Positions 1-8,934 of a stretch of DNA of 64,000 nt are shown here, one piece after another (positions within the stretch are counted from its first letter, which is position 1; each line of letters begins with the position of its first letter). The stretch is from Squalus acanthias (taxonomy: Eukaryota). The notes under the pieces were generated by a model. That model was given only the letters and a program-made list of their open reading frames with translations, ran no database searches and was not told where the DNA came from. The translations under genes were made by a program, and so were the position numbers. The stretch lies in NCBI GenBank assembly GCA_030390025.1, contig CM059429.1, positions 22,196,001-22,260,000 on the forward strand. Direction: 5' to 3'.

Positions 1-395
1 ATGCTTACATGTCGGGGGAGATTTTAATTCCCACTGCCTGGTGGAAATGGGGTAGCAGCAGAGTTAAAATGGAGATTGTGGACTGACTGACCCATTCCCG
101 CGCCACCGCCATTGATCCGGGGGCCTTCCATCGGGCGGCCAAGGCACCCGCCCGAATCAGGCGGGAGCCTCGTTAATTTACGCAGACGGGTGGGTCCTGT
201 GACGTATATAGGACCCCGGTGCAATTTTAACGGCTTGCTGAGGGGAACGTGAACCGTGGACACTCCGCTCAGTAAACCCTGGCGACACAACAGAAGAGGC
301 CCCAGAAAGGTAAGTGCTGAAATTATATTGGTGGAGCCAGGAGGAGCAGGAGCAGGGGTGAGTTTTTAAACTTTTGAAAATAGGAAGAATTTATT

Positions 396-866
396 GAGTG
401 TCGCAGAATGAAGGGGTCGTAGCAGCTGCCAGTGAAACTGGGGCAGACTTGCAATAGCCTTGATCTGTGGTCATGGAAGGGGTGGAAGCCCATCCTGTTC
501 ACAAAAAGCTTCTGGTTCATCTTCTTATACCCTGATAGCTACAGGAGTGTAATCTGTTGTGCCCTGGACACGAGGGAAGCCGGCCACTGCGGCAAATCCC
601 AGAGCTCTCTCATTCTGGCTGTTGGCATCCATCACAAAGATAATGTACTGGTTTGCTCTGACAAGGAGGGCCCTGGTGGTCTGTTTGATGCAGCTGTGCA
701 CTGCAGACTGGGAGATGCGGGCAACTTACCTTGTGGCAGCCTGGAAGGAGCCTGTGGTGTAAAAGTTAAGGGCGGTGGTGTATTTTGACAGCCTCTGGCA
801 AAGCATGGTCACCTGGACCAGCAGTCAGCAGGTCCTGCTGCAAAGGTCAGTGACTGTCTGTCTGGA
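396..866 (-). pseudogene. Harbinger (HARBI1-like DDE) transposase pseudogene, central fragment
   Basis: Manual minus-strand translation: SRQTVTDLC / LQQDL..HALPEAVK / TTALNFYTTGSFQ..ISQSAVHSCIKQTTRAL..GFAAVAGFPRVQGTTDYTPVAI / FVNRMGFH / DHRSRLLQVCPSFTGSCYDPFILRHS. These match the Harbinger motifs GFPxVxGxIDCTHV, VNRKGFHS and PGSxHD. Stops and frameshifts are present. Confidence 0.88.
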
Positions 867-1520
867 TTTGTGAATGGTAGGTCATGTCTGACTAATGTAG
901 TTGTGCTTTTTGAGGCGATCACTGACAAGGTAGACAGGGGAGTCTTTATAGATGTTGTTTATATGGACTTTCAGAAGGCAATTGATAAAGTTCCACACAA
1001 GAGATTATTAGCAAAAATGAGAGCGCATGGAATTGGGAGTAACCTTAGGATATGGGTTGAAAATTGGTTGGGAGGTAGGAGACAGAGTGCACAGATTTAC
1101 AAAAATGCTATCTGGGCTAAAAGGGTTAAATTATGAGGACAAGTTGCATAAAGTTGTGTTGTATTCCCTTGAATTTAAAAGGTTGAGGGGTGATCTGATT
1201 AAAGTGTTTAAAATTATAAAGGGATTCGATAGGGTAGATACAGAGAAGCTATTTCCTCTGGTGGGGGAGTCCAGAACGAGGGGGGGCACAATCTTGAAGT
1301 TAGAGCTGGGCCATTCAGAAGTGAAATCAGGAAGCATTTTTTCACCCAAAGCATAATAGAAATATGGAACTTTCATCCCCAAAGGACTGTGGAGGCTGTG
1401 AATTGAAATTTTCAAGACTGAGATTGCTAGATTTCTGTTAGGTAAGGGTATCAAGGAACATGGATCAAAGGTGGGAAAATGGAGTTGAGGTGCAGATCAG
1501 CCCTGATCAAATTAAATGGT
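867..1520 (+). mobile_element. CR1 LINE, 5'-truncated and internally deleted; left part
   Basis: RT motifs GRSCLTN..DVVYMDFQKAIDKVPHKRLL, then the C-terminal LYSLEFKRLRGDLIKVFKIIKGFDRVD..LFPLVGESRTRG, then the CR1 3' UTR up to AAATTAAATGGT. Confidence 0.93.
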
Positions 1521-2571
1521 CAAAAGTGAGAAGTCGCACAACACCAGGTTATAGTCCAACAGTTGTATTTGAAATCACAAGCTTTCGGAGCTGCTGACGA
1601 AGGAGCAGCAGAAGCAGCAGAGTGGTGGTCTCTGTGAGCAGGAAGAGGAGAAGCAGAAGGAGACCAGGCAGCAGACCACCACCAACAACCAACTACAACT
1701 GAGGTGCCTGGAGAGGGAGGACAGGAGAGGAGAAGGATAAGAAGGGAAGGCCAAGGCCATTAACAACAGAGGAGAGGCCTTTCCACACTGCCTCCTCAAT
1801 TGGCCTCCATTTTAGGAGAGGGAGAGAGGGGAGAAAAACATCACAAACATCCATCATCTGTTTGGAAGGAGGGAGGAAGGAAAGAATATCAGCTACAGGT
1901 GGGTGTGATTCTGGGGCACTCTCCCAGAGACTTTGTTTTGTAGGTGGGGGGAGGAAAGAAGAAAAGAAGAAGGCCGGAACATCTAAGGGGTGTGTGTGTG
2001 TGTGGCTTTTGTAAAAACTAGGCCGCACACACCATATTAAACACCCCTTTCCCATTGCCTGACCTGGGACAGCTGGAGCTGCCTAGGTGAAGTTCCCCAA
2101 TTAATTATATCCAATTGGGCATCGTTAAGACCTGGTGCAGGACTGAGCCTGGGCATCTCCAGCTATCCCAGGTGAAGACATCTTCTCCCCCCACCAGAAG
2201 ACCACCACCAAAGACTTTTTTACATCGGAGAGTGCACCCCCCTGCCAACACCCACCCACCCACCATCCTGAGTGGCGACCCTGCCCTTGCGGCTTCCCTC
2301 CTTCCCACCCCCCTCTCTCTCTCTCTCTCTCTTTGTCTCTTGTCTCTCTCTGCCTCTCTCTCTCTAAGAGGCACCTCATCTATTTTTAATTAAGTACCCA
2401 TTGAGCAGAGGGGAGAAGGCCCCTCTCCCAATTCAATCAACTAAAGGGAGAGGTGTGCCTTCAATTTAAGAGCTCCCTCTGCTCAGGGGAAAACCAAAAA
2501 AAAAACCGAGGCCATTAACACCTTCAGGCCTGTGACTTGGGGTGAGTGTAGCCCTTAAAGAACCCTCCATT

Positions 2572-4722
2572 ATGGCGAGTACATCTTCGTCGGTGGCGGG
2601 GGCAGCGAGGACGTACGCGAGCGTGGCAGCCGCGGCCACGGCCGCAGCCACGAGTCCTCCTGTTACCCCGTCACCTTTTACCCTCCTTACGAGGAAGAAT
2701 GGGGTCAAGAGCTACACTCACCCCAACATGACTATAGAGGCGTGCGTTAAAGCCATGGCTGGGGTTGTCGGCCCTTCAGCCATCGTCGCCGCCTCTAAAA
2801 TGTACGGCAAGGCTGTGTTCTTCCTGGGGTCGGAGCGGGCGGTGTCCCTGGCCATCGAGAAGGGGCTCACCGTGGGCGGGACCTTCCTGCCGGTGGACCC
2901 CCTTGAGGCCACCGCGCAAAGGATTGTGGTCTCCAACGTCCCGCCCTTTGTTCCGGGTGAGCTCCTCCTCCCCCACCTACGTCAACTGGGGGAGGTGAGG
3001 TCGGGGATCACACCCATCCCGCTCGGCTTCCGGGAAGCCAGCCTTCGGCACGTCTTCTCCTTCCGGCGCCAGCTTTTCGTCCGGCTGGCGCGGGAGGAGG
3101 ACGCGGACGGCGCGTTCACGGTGCTCCACGGGGGGACCGCCCACCGCGTCTTCTGGACCTCGGACGGCGCGCGGTGCTACGCCTGTAAGGAGGTGGGGCA
3201 CGTCCGCAAAAACTGCCCCGCCTCCAAGGCCGCCACGACACCTGGCGCGGCCGGGGTTGGCGCCGCCGCCCCCCCTCCCCCTGATACTGTCCGCGCGTCG
3301 ACGGCGACGGATGCGCGGTCGAAATCGGAGGCCAACGCCACCACGGCCTCCGGCGGGGAGGAGGGAGAGCGTCCGGGGGGAAGGAAGGCGCGTAGGAAAA
3401 ATAAACACATAAGGGCGGATCCCCTCGCGGAGGAAACATCTGAATTGGCCGAACTCACGCCCGAGTATATCGCGGAGTTGGTCGGGACGCATGAGACTGG
3501 GGGGGTCCTCGTGCCCGGGCCCGTGACCGCAACCGCCGAGGCGGCTAAATCAAGACCTGCGGCCGGGCTCGGGCCCGAGGGGCCCAAGAAACCCAGTCGT
3601 CGGAAGGGGGCAGAGAGGGAGGCCCCAGCAGACATGGAGGCCTCCCCCTCTCCGGGCCCCAACTTGTTAAAAAGAAAGCTCCGCCCCCAGCAGGAGGACT
3701 GCGAGGAGGAAGGTCCCTCCGCAAAAGGGGGGCAGTCGCCCGCCGCGGGTGCTGCGCCCCACCCCACCACCGTCATCGTCGCGCGCGATCGGCAGGGGTC
3801 GTCTGTCCCTCGGGAGGGTGAGACAGACGAGTCTGTCCGACCTGTGCCTCCCGGGGATGGGGAAGAGACCCTGCCCGTGGGGGGGGGCGCGGAACAACCC
3901 GCGGAGGGAAATGTAGTACCGGAACCGTTGCTCCTCGCCGGGTCGGGCGTCCTGGGGACTGGGGCGGGCGAGGCCAAAGAGGCTGAAGCCGAGCCCGCCT
4001 TTTATAACCCAGACATCTCCCAGGGACTGCTCGACCTGGTGGAGGAGTGTAGCAATCCCCAGCCTGCTGGGTCGGAGGTTGGTGGCGGGGAGACGGAAAG
4101 CCCCCTGACTCCGTCTCTGTTGTTGGCGCCGGACGTGCTGGAGGAATTTGGGATTATTTTCTCCCCGGTTTCTCCGGTCGCCCCGGCGCCTGAGGCGGGG
4201 GGGGGCCCCGAACCGCCGCCGCCGCCTCCCGGCCCGGCGCCCCTGAAGGAGCCCAGGGTGGACTCCTCTGCCACCGATCCTGGGGGTGGGATCGTGACGG
4301 AGGCGGGGCCGGCCGGTGCGGCCGAGCCGTTCGCTGCACCCCGTGCGACGGACGGGTCGGCCGTCGGTGACGACCTCCCGGAGGAGGACGGGGACTCGGT
4401 GTTGGGCAACGAGGACGATTTGGAGTCCATCGGCAGCGAGGTGATGGACGCCCTCGTGCCCTTCACTGACTCTCCCCTCATCCCCGTAGGGGAACTCCGG
4501 GATTTTATGGCCGTGAGCCAGGGTCGTCACAAGAAGATCCGGCTGGCCCTCGACAAGTGGTCGGAGCTGACGCTGCTCGTCGTGTCCGTCCGCGCCGCCG
4601 TTAAAATCATGGGCGCGGACAAGGACGTTGACCGGCTCGAGCTGCGTCGGCTCAAGACGTTCCACACTGGGCTGCTGAGGGAGTGGCGGTCGTCAGTGAC
4701 CGCCCTCCCTCCCCTCCGTTAG
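2572..4722 (+). CDS. Tx1 ORF1 gag-like nucleic-acid-binding protein, about 716 aa from the first ATG
   Basis: YASVAA motif, VG..IVAASKMYGKAVFFL, RIVVSNVPPF, LRHVFSFRRQ, zinc knuckle CYACKEVGHVRKNC, a long Pro/Glu/Ala-rich linker and a C-terminal helical region. The ATG at 2572 lies within track ORF 2542-4722. Confidence 0.93.
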   Translation: MASTSSSVAGAARTYASVAAAATAAATSPPVTPSPFTLLTRKNGVKSYTHPNMTIEACVKAMAGVVGPSAIVAASKMYGKAVFFLGSERAVSLAIEKGLTVGGTFLPVDPLEATAQRIVVSNVPPFVPGELLLPHLRQLGEVRSGITPIPLGFREASLRHVFSFRRQLFVRLAREEDADGAFTVLHGGTAHRVFWTSDGARCYACKEVGHVRKNCPASKAATTPGAAGVGAAAPPPPDTVRASTATDARSKSEANATTASGGEEGERPGGRKARRKNKHIRADPLAEETSELAELTPEYIAELVGTHETGGVLVPGPVTATAEAAKSRPAAGLGPEGPKKPSRRKGAEREAPADMEASPSPGPNLLKRKLRPQQEDCEEEGPSAKGGQSPAAGAAPHPTTVIVARDRQGSSVPREGETDESVRPVPPGDGEETLPVGGGAEQPAEGNVVPEPLLLAGSGVLGTGAGEAKEAEAEPAFYNPDISQGLLDLVEECSNPQPAGSEVGGGETESPLTPSLLLAPDVLEEFGIIFSPVSPVAPAPEAGGGPEPPPPPPGPAPLKEPRVDSSATDPGGGIVTEAGPAGAAEPFAAPRATDGSAVGDDLPEEDGDSVLGNEDDLESIGSEVMDALVPFTDSPLIPVGELRDFMAVSQGRHKKIRLALDKWSELTLLVVSVRAAVKIMGADKDVDRLELRRLKTFHTGLLREWRSSVTALPPLR

Positions 4723-4747
4723 GTAGAGGTTGCACTATGCTTCTGAG

Positions 4748-7700
4748 ATGAAGATAACCATAGCCAGCCTCAACATCAACGGCAGCAGGGAGGCGCGCCG
4801 TAGATTCAATAACTTCTCGGTCCTTCGGGACGGGAAATATGCGGTGTGCTTCCTGCAAGAAACCCACACCGTTCCGGGAGACGAGGCCACGTGGCTCCTG
4901 GAGTGGCAAGGAGGGGTCAGCATGAGTCACCTCTCCAACAATTCCTGCGGGGTGGCTGTCTTGCTGGCCCCGCATTTTCAGCCGGAGATCTTGAGGGTCA
5001 AGGAGCACGTGCCGGGCCGCTTGCTCCAGGTCACTGTTCGCCTGGGAGGCGTGCCGCTCCATTTAGTGAACGTGTACGCCCCCCGGACCGGTGCGCAGCA
5101 AGTGCGCTTCTTCGGAGAAGTGTCCGCTCTTCTGGGCTCCATCGACGTGGGCGAGTGCGTCATCCTCGGGGGGGATTTCAATTGTACCCTCGAGGCGCGG
5201 GACCGGTCGGGTCCCCCGCGAAGCCCGGCGGCGATGGAGAAGTTGCGGGACCTGGTCGGGTCCTTCGACTTGGTGGACGTCTGGCGAAATCTCCATCCCG
5301 ACTCCAGCGCCTTCACGAGCGTGAGGTCTGGAGGAGGAAGGTCCAGAATCGACCGCCTTTACATTTCCCGGGCGTACGTCTCCTGCGTTCCGGCGGCTTC
5401 CATGCGGCCGGTGCCGTGCACGGACCACCACCTGGTGTGGGCGGAGCTCGCTCCGCTGCGCGCGCGGGGGGGGTCCGCGTACTGGCATTTTAACAACCTG
5501 CTGCTGGAGGACGCGCGGTTCCGGGATTCGTTTCGCCGGTTCTGGGCCGACTGGAGAAGGAAGCGGGGAGGCTTCCCCTCCTTGAGGCTATGGTGGGACG
5601 TGGGCAAGGCTCACGTCCGCGTCTTCTGTCAGGAGTACGCGAAGGGGTCGACCAAGAGGCGGGAGGCCCGGGTCGGGCGATTGGAGAAAGAAGTGCTCGA
5701 CCTGGAGTCCCGTCTCGGTCAAGTCGTCGAGGACCCGGCCCTGCGGAAGGTGTACGAAGAGAAGAAGGGCGCGCTGAAGGACCTGCAGCTGGTCGGGTCC
5801 CGAGGCGCGTACGTGAGGTCGCGGATCCAGTTCCTGCGGGACCTGGACCGCGGCTCCCCCTTCTTCTACTCGCTGGAAAAAAGACGGGGGGTCCGTAAGC
5901 AGCTCTTGGGGCTGCTGGCCGACGACGGATCTCTGGTCTCGGATCCGGAGGGCATCAGCGCGGAGGCCCGGGCCTATTACGGGGCTCTGTTCTCTTCGGA
6001 TCCGTCCAGCGAGGATGCGCGCAGAGTTTTGTGGGAGGACCTGCCGAAGGTCGGCCCGGAGGGCGCCGAGAATTTAGAAGCTCCGCTAAGCCTGGCGGAG
6101 CTGACCGGCGCCCTGCGCCAGCTCTCGAGGGGCAAGTCCCCGGGGCTGGACGGGCTGACCGTGGAGTTCCACAGGGCGTTCTGGGACGTCTTGGGGGACG
6201 ACTACGCGCGGGTCCTGGGGGAAAGTCTGGCGACCGGGGAGATGCCCCTCTCTTGGCGCAGGGCGGTCATCGTCCTGCTGCCCAAGAAGGGCGATCTCCG
6301 CCTACTTAAGAACTGGCGCCCGGTCTCCCTCCTCAGCACGGACTACAAAATTTTCGCCAGGGCTATGTCTGCTCGCCTTGGCACCGTGCTGGCCCGCATG
6401 ATCCACCCCGACCAGTCCTACACGGTCCCGGGCCGGAGTATCCACGATAACATCCATCTGGTCCGGGACCTGGTCCACCATTCCCAGAGGGCTGGTCTGT
6501 CGGTCGCCTTCCTTTCCCTGGATCAGGAGAAGGCGTTCGACAGGGTGGATCACGAGTATCTTTTCGGGACTCTGCGCGCATTCGGGTTCGGGACGCATTT
6601 CGTCGCCCGGATCCGACTTCTGTACGCCGCCGCGGAGTGTCTCATTAAAGTTAACGGGTCTTTGACGGCGCCCCTTCGCTTCGGGAGGGGGGTGCGTCAG
6701 GGATGCCCCATGTCCGGTCAGTTATACGCCGTTTGCGTGGAGCCTTTCCTGCGCCTCTTGCGGAAGAGGTTGACGGGACTGGCTCTGCAAGGGCCGGGCG
6801 TGGAGGTGGTCCTCTCGGCTTACGCCGATGACGTGCTCCTCGCGGTCACGGATCCCGTCGACTTGCGGAGGATGCGAGAATGCCAGCAGATTTACTCGGA
6901 CGCATCCTCCGCCAAGATCAACTGGGAGAAATGTTCTGGACTCCTGGTGGGCCCATGGCAGGTGGACTCCCTGCCGGAGGAGTTCGGGCCTTTCGCCTGG
7001 AGCACCACGCACCTCCTCTACCTGGGAGTCTACCTCAGCCCGGCCGAGGACGCCTGGCCGGCGAACTGGCAAGAGCTGGAGGCCAAAGTCACCGCTCGCC
7101 TAGGACGCTGGACAGGACTGCTCCGAGTGTTGTCCTACAGGGGTCGAGCGCTGGTCATAAACCAGCTGGTGGCCGCCATGTTGTGGTACCGGTTGATCAC
7201 TTTGATCCCTCCCCCTGCGTTTGTCGCCAAGATGCAGAAGAAGCTCGTCGACTTCTTCTGGGACAAAAGGAAGCACTGGGTCTCTGCCGCGGTTTTGAGT
7301 CTCCCGCTTAGGGAGGGCGGTCAGGCGCTGGTGTGCCTTCGCACCCAGGCGGCGACTTTCCGTCTTCAGACGCTGCAGAGATACCTGTACGTGGAGAATC
7401 CTCCTAGGTGGCGTGCGCTGGCGACGTATTTCTTCCGCCAGCTGCACGGCCTCAATTACGACACGCAGCTCCTGTTTGTGAGAGTGGGTGGCACGCGTGC
7501 CAGCCTGCGGGAGCTGCCTGTCTTCTACCAGGAACTGCTATGGGTTTGGAACAGCGTCGCCTCCGAGCGCAGTTCTCCCCCGTCAGGAGCGGCGGCCGTC
7601 CTTCGGGAGCCGCTGTTCAGGAATCCGCACCTCCACGACCGCGGGTTCGGCTGGCTGGCGGAGGGCAGGGCTGTGCCCGGTAAGGTGACCAGAGTCGGGG

Positions 7701-8647
7701 ACCTGCTCGATGGCGGAGGAGCGGGCTGGATGGCGCCGGAGGAGTTGGCGAGGCGCATGTCTTGGGTCAACGTCCGGCTCGCGGTCAAAGCCATCGAGTC
7801 GCTAAAAGTGGCACTGGGCCCCGTCTCCACTAGGTGTGTCGAGGAGGCTCAAGCACGTGGGGCGATCCCGTCCGAACTGACCCCCGTTCGGACGGAATTC
7901 CTTATCGGCGCCCGGCCCCGAATCCTCCCTCGGGAGCCGCCGCCTCACCACTTGAGCCTTCTCGGAGAAATGCCCTCCGTGCCCTTTCAATCCGCACGGA
8001 GGCGTTTCCTGTACGGGCTGCTCCTGCACACTCTCCACTTTGCCATCTTCGTCTGCCGTCCGGACACGCCTTGGCGTACCATCCTGCCGTCCGGCGGAGG
8101 CGAAGGTCCCCATTGGAAGGCTCTCTACGCGGGAGTCTTCCCTTGTTCTATTGGGGACTTGGCCTGGAGGGTGTTGCACGGAGCAGTCCCGTGCAATAGG
8201 ATTTTAAGTAGGTTTACGGACTCCCAGGCTGCTTGTCATTTTTGCGGCCTGGAGGAGTCCGTTTATCACATTTATGTTGAATGTGAGAGGTTGCAGCCCC
8301 TCTTTCATTATTTGAAGGGGCTGCTCCTCAATTTCTGGTTGCACTTCAGCCCCACGCTCCTGATCTACGGTCACCCGGTGCGGAGGGGACAGGGTAGGTC
8401 GGAGGACTTCCTCGTAGGACTGCTCCTGGGCCTGGCCAAGAAAGCCATTAATTGGTCCAGGCAGCGGGCGGTCGAGGGGGTCGTTCGGCCCGATTGCCTG
8501 CCTCTCTTCCGCGGCCATGTTCGCGCCCGGGTGGCCCTGGAGATGGAGCACGCGGTGTCCGCCGGCACGCTTGAGTTTTTCCGCGACCGGTGGGCGCCGC
8601 GGGGACTGGAGTGCATCGTCACCCCGGACTTTCAAATTTTAATTTGA
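4748..8647 (+). CDS. Tx1 ORF2 endonuclease/reverse transcriptase, about 1299 aa
   Basis: APE motifs SLNING, FLQETH, NVYAP, GGDFN, SRIDRLY, TDH. RT motifs KSPGLDG, NWRPVSLL..DYKI, SLDQEKAFDRVDH, GVRQGCPMS and YADD (6821-6832). C-terminal CHFCGLEESVYHIYVEC. No stops or frameshifts. Confidence 0.97.
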   Translation: MKITIASLNINGSREARRRFNNFSVLRDGKYAVCFLQETHTVPGDEATWLLEWQGGVSMSHLSNNSCGVAVLLAPHFQPEILRVKEHVPGRLLQVTVRLGGVPLHLVNVYAPRTGAQQVRFFGEVSALLGSIDVGECVILGGDFNCTLEARDRSGPPRSPAAMEKLRDLVGSFDLVDVWRNLHPDSSAFTSVRSGGGRSRIDRLYISRAYVSCVPAASMRPVPCTDHHLVWAELAPLRARGGSAYWHFNNLLLEDARFRDSFRRFWADWRRKRGGFPSLRLWWDVGKAHVRVFCQEYAKGSTKRREARVGRLEKEVLDLESRLGQVVEDPALRKVYEEKKGALKDLQLVGSRGAYVRSRIQFLRDLDRGSPFFYSLEKRRGVRKQLLGLLADDGSLVSDPEGISAEARAYYGALFSSDPSSEDARRVLWEDLPKVGPEGAENLEAPLSLAELTGALRQLSRGKSPGLDGLTVEFHRAFWDVLGDDYARVLGESLATGEMPLSWRRAVIVLLPKKGDLRLLKNWRPVSLLSTDYKIFARAMSARLGTVLARMIHPDQSYTVPGRSIHDNIHLVRDLVHHSQRAGLSVAFLSLDQEKAFDRVDHEYLFGTLRAFGFGTHFVARIRLLYAAAECLIKVNGSLTAPLRFGRGVRQGCPMSGQLYAVCVEPFLRLLRKRLTGLALQGPGVEVVLSAYADDVLLAVTDPVDLRRMRECQQIYSDASSAKINWEKCSGLLVGPWQVDSLPEEFGPFAWSTTHLLYLGVYLSPAEDAWPANWQELEAKVTARLGRWTGLLRVLSYRGRALVINQLVAAMLWYRLITLIPPPAFVAKMQKKLVDFFWDKRKHWVSAAVLSLPLREGGQALVCLRTQAATFRLQTLQRYLYVENPPRWRALATYFFRQLHGLNYDTQLLFVRVGGTRASLRELPVFYQELLWVWNSVASERSSPPSGAAAVLREPLFRNPHLHDRGFGWLAEGRAVPGKVTRVGDLLDGGGAGWMAPEELARRMSWVNVRLAVKAIESLKVALGPVSTRCVEEAQARGAIPSELTPVRTEFLIGARPRILPREPPPHHLSLLGEMPSVPFQSARRRFLYGLLLHTLHFAIFVCRPDTPWRTILPSGGGEGPHWKALYAGVFPCSIGDLAWRVLHGAVPCNRILSRFTDSQAACHFCGLEESVYHIYVECERLQPLFHYLKGLLLNFWLHFSPTLLIYGHPVRRGQGRSEDFLVGLLLGLAKKAINWSRQRAVEGVVRPDCLPLFRGHVRARVALEMEHAVSAGTLEFFRDRWAPRGLECIVTPDFQILI

Positions 8648-8715
8648 TTTATTAAGTTTCATTTCAAGTTTTAATTGATTTACAGTAAATTTGCGTTCTG
8701 TCAAACCAAAAAGAT

Positions 8716-8825
8716 CAACACCAGGTTATAGTCCAACAGTTTTATTTGAAATCACAAGCTTTCGGAGCAGCCGCTCCGAAAGCTTGTGATTTCAAATAAA
8801 ACTGTTGGACTATAACCTGGTGTTG
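8716..8825. repeat. Perfect inverted repeat, 53-bp arms with a 4-nt loop
   Basis: 8716-8768 is the exact reverse complement of 8773-8825; the loop is AGCC. Confidence 0.97.
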
Positions 8826-8889
8826 TGCGACTTCTCACTTTTGTCCACCCCAGTCCAACACCGGCATCTCCGCATCAAAATTAAATGGT

Positions 8890-8934
8890 GGAACTGGCTT
8901 GAGGGCCTGAATGGCCTCCTCCTGTTCCTATGAT
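8890..8934 (+). mobile_element. CR1 LINE 3' terminus; right part of the 867-1520 copy
   Basis: GGAACTGGCTTGAGGGCCTGAATGGCCTCCTCCTGTTCCTATG is the CR1 end also seen at 20550-20605, 28300-28360 and 46200-46260. It resumes right after the second AAATTAAATGGT. Confidence 0.9.

Larger units (their letters stand above)
1610..8715 (+). mobile_element. Full-length Tx1-type (L1 clade) non-LTR retrotransposon
   Basis: ~960-nt 5' UTR, intact ORF1 with a CCHC knuckle, intact ORF2 (APE endonuclease, RT, C-terminal Cys/His motif) and a ~70-nt 3' UTR. Flanked by a direct duplication at 1539-1591 / 8716-8768. Confidence 0.93.
1594..8783 (+). ncRNA. Split minimal hammerhead ribozyme motif (halves at 1594-1609 and 8772-8783)
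   Basis: Joining the halves gives CUGACGA-A-GGAGC-AGCC-GCUCC-GAAA-GC, followed by UUGUGA: catalytic core, 5-bp stem II and a palindromic AGCU stem III. The 5' strand of stem I is missing, so it is probably inactive at this locus. Confidence 0.6.
1521..8877 (+). mobile_element. Short Penelope-like inverted-repeat element (inverted terminal copy, terminal repeat, 34-nt tail), split by Tx1
   Basis: 1521-1591 is the reverse complement of 8773-8843 (71 bp, 1 mismatch). An unpaired 34-nt tail follows at 8844-8877. The unit is flanked by a 12-bp TSD AAATTAAATGGT (1509-1520 and 8878-8889) and contains hammerhead core pieces CTGACGA and GAAA. An inverted terminal repeat with a short tail and a minimal hammerhead is the known Penelope-like architecture. 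Confidence 0.78.

Noticed and set aside
2977-4665. Long antisense ORFs (171, 266 and 332 aa) over Tx1 ORF1, and many short ORFs over ORF2
   Set aside because: Shadow frames expected from very high GC content; no recognisable domains.
1539-8768. Reading the 53-bp direct repeats as LTRs, or the 71-bp inverted repeats as DNA-transposon TIRs
   Set aside because: The enclosed ORFs are APE-RT non-LTR type with no integrase or transposase. The inverted repeat has an asymmetric 34-nt tail and a hammerhead core, which fits a Penelope-like end better.
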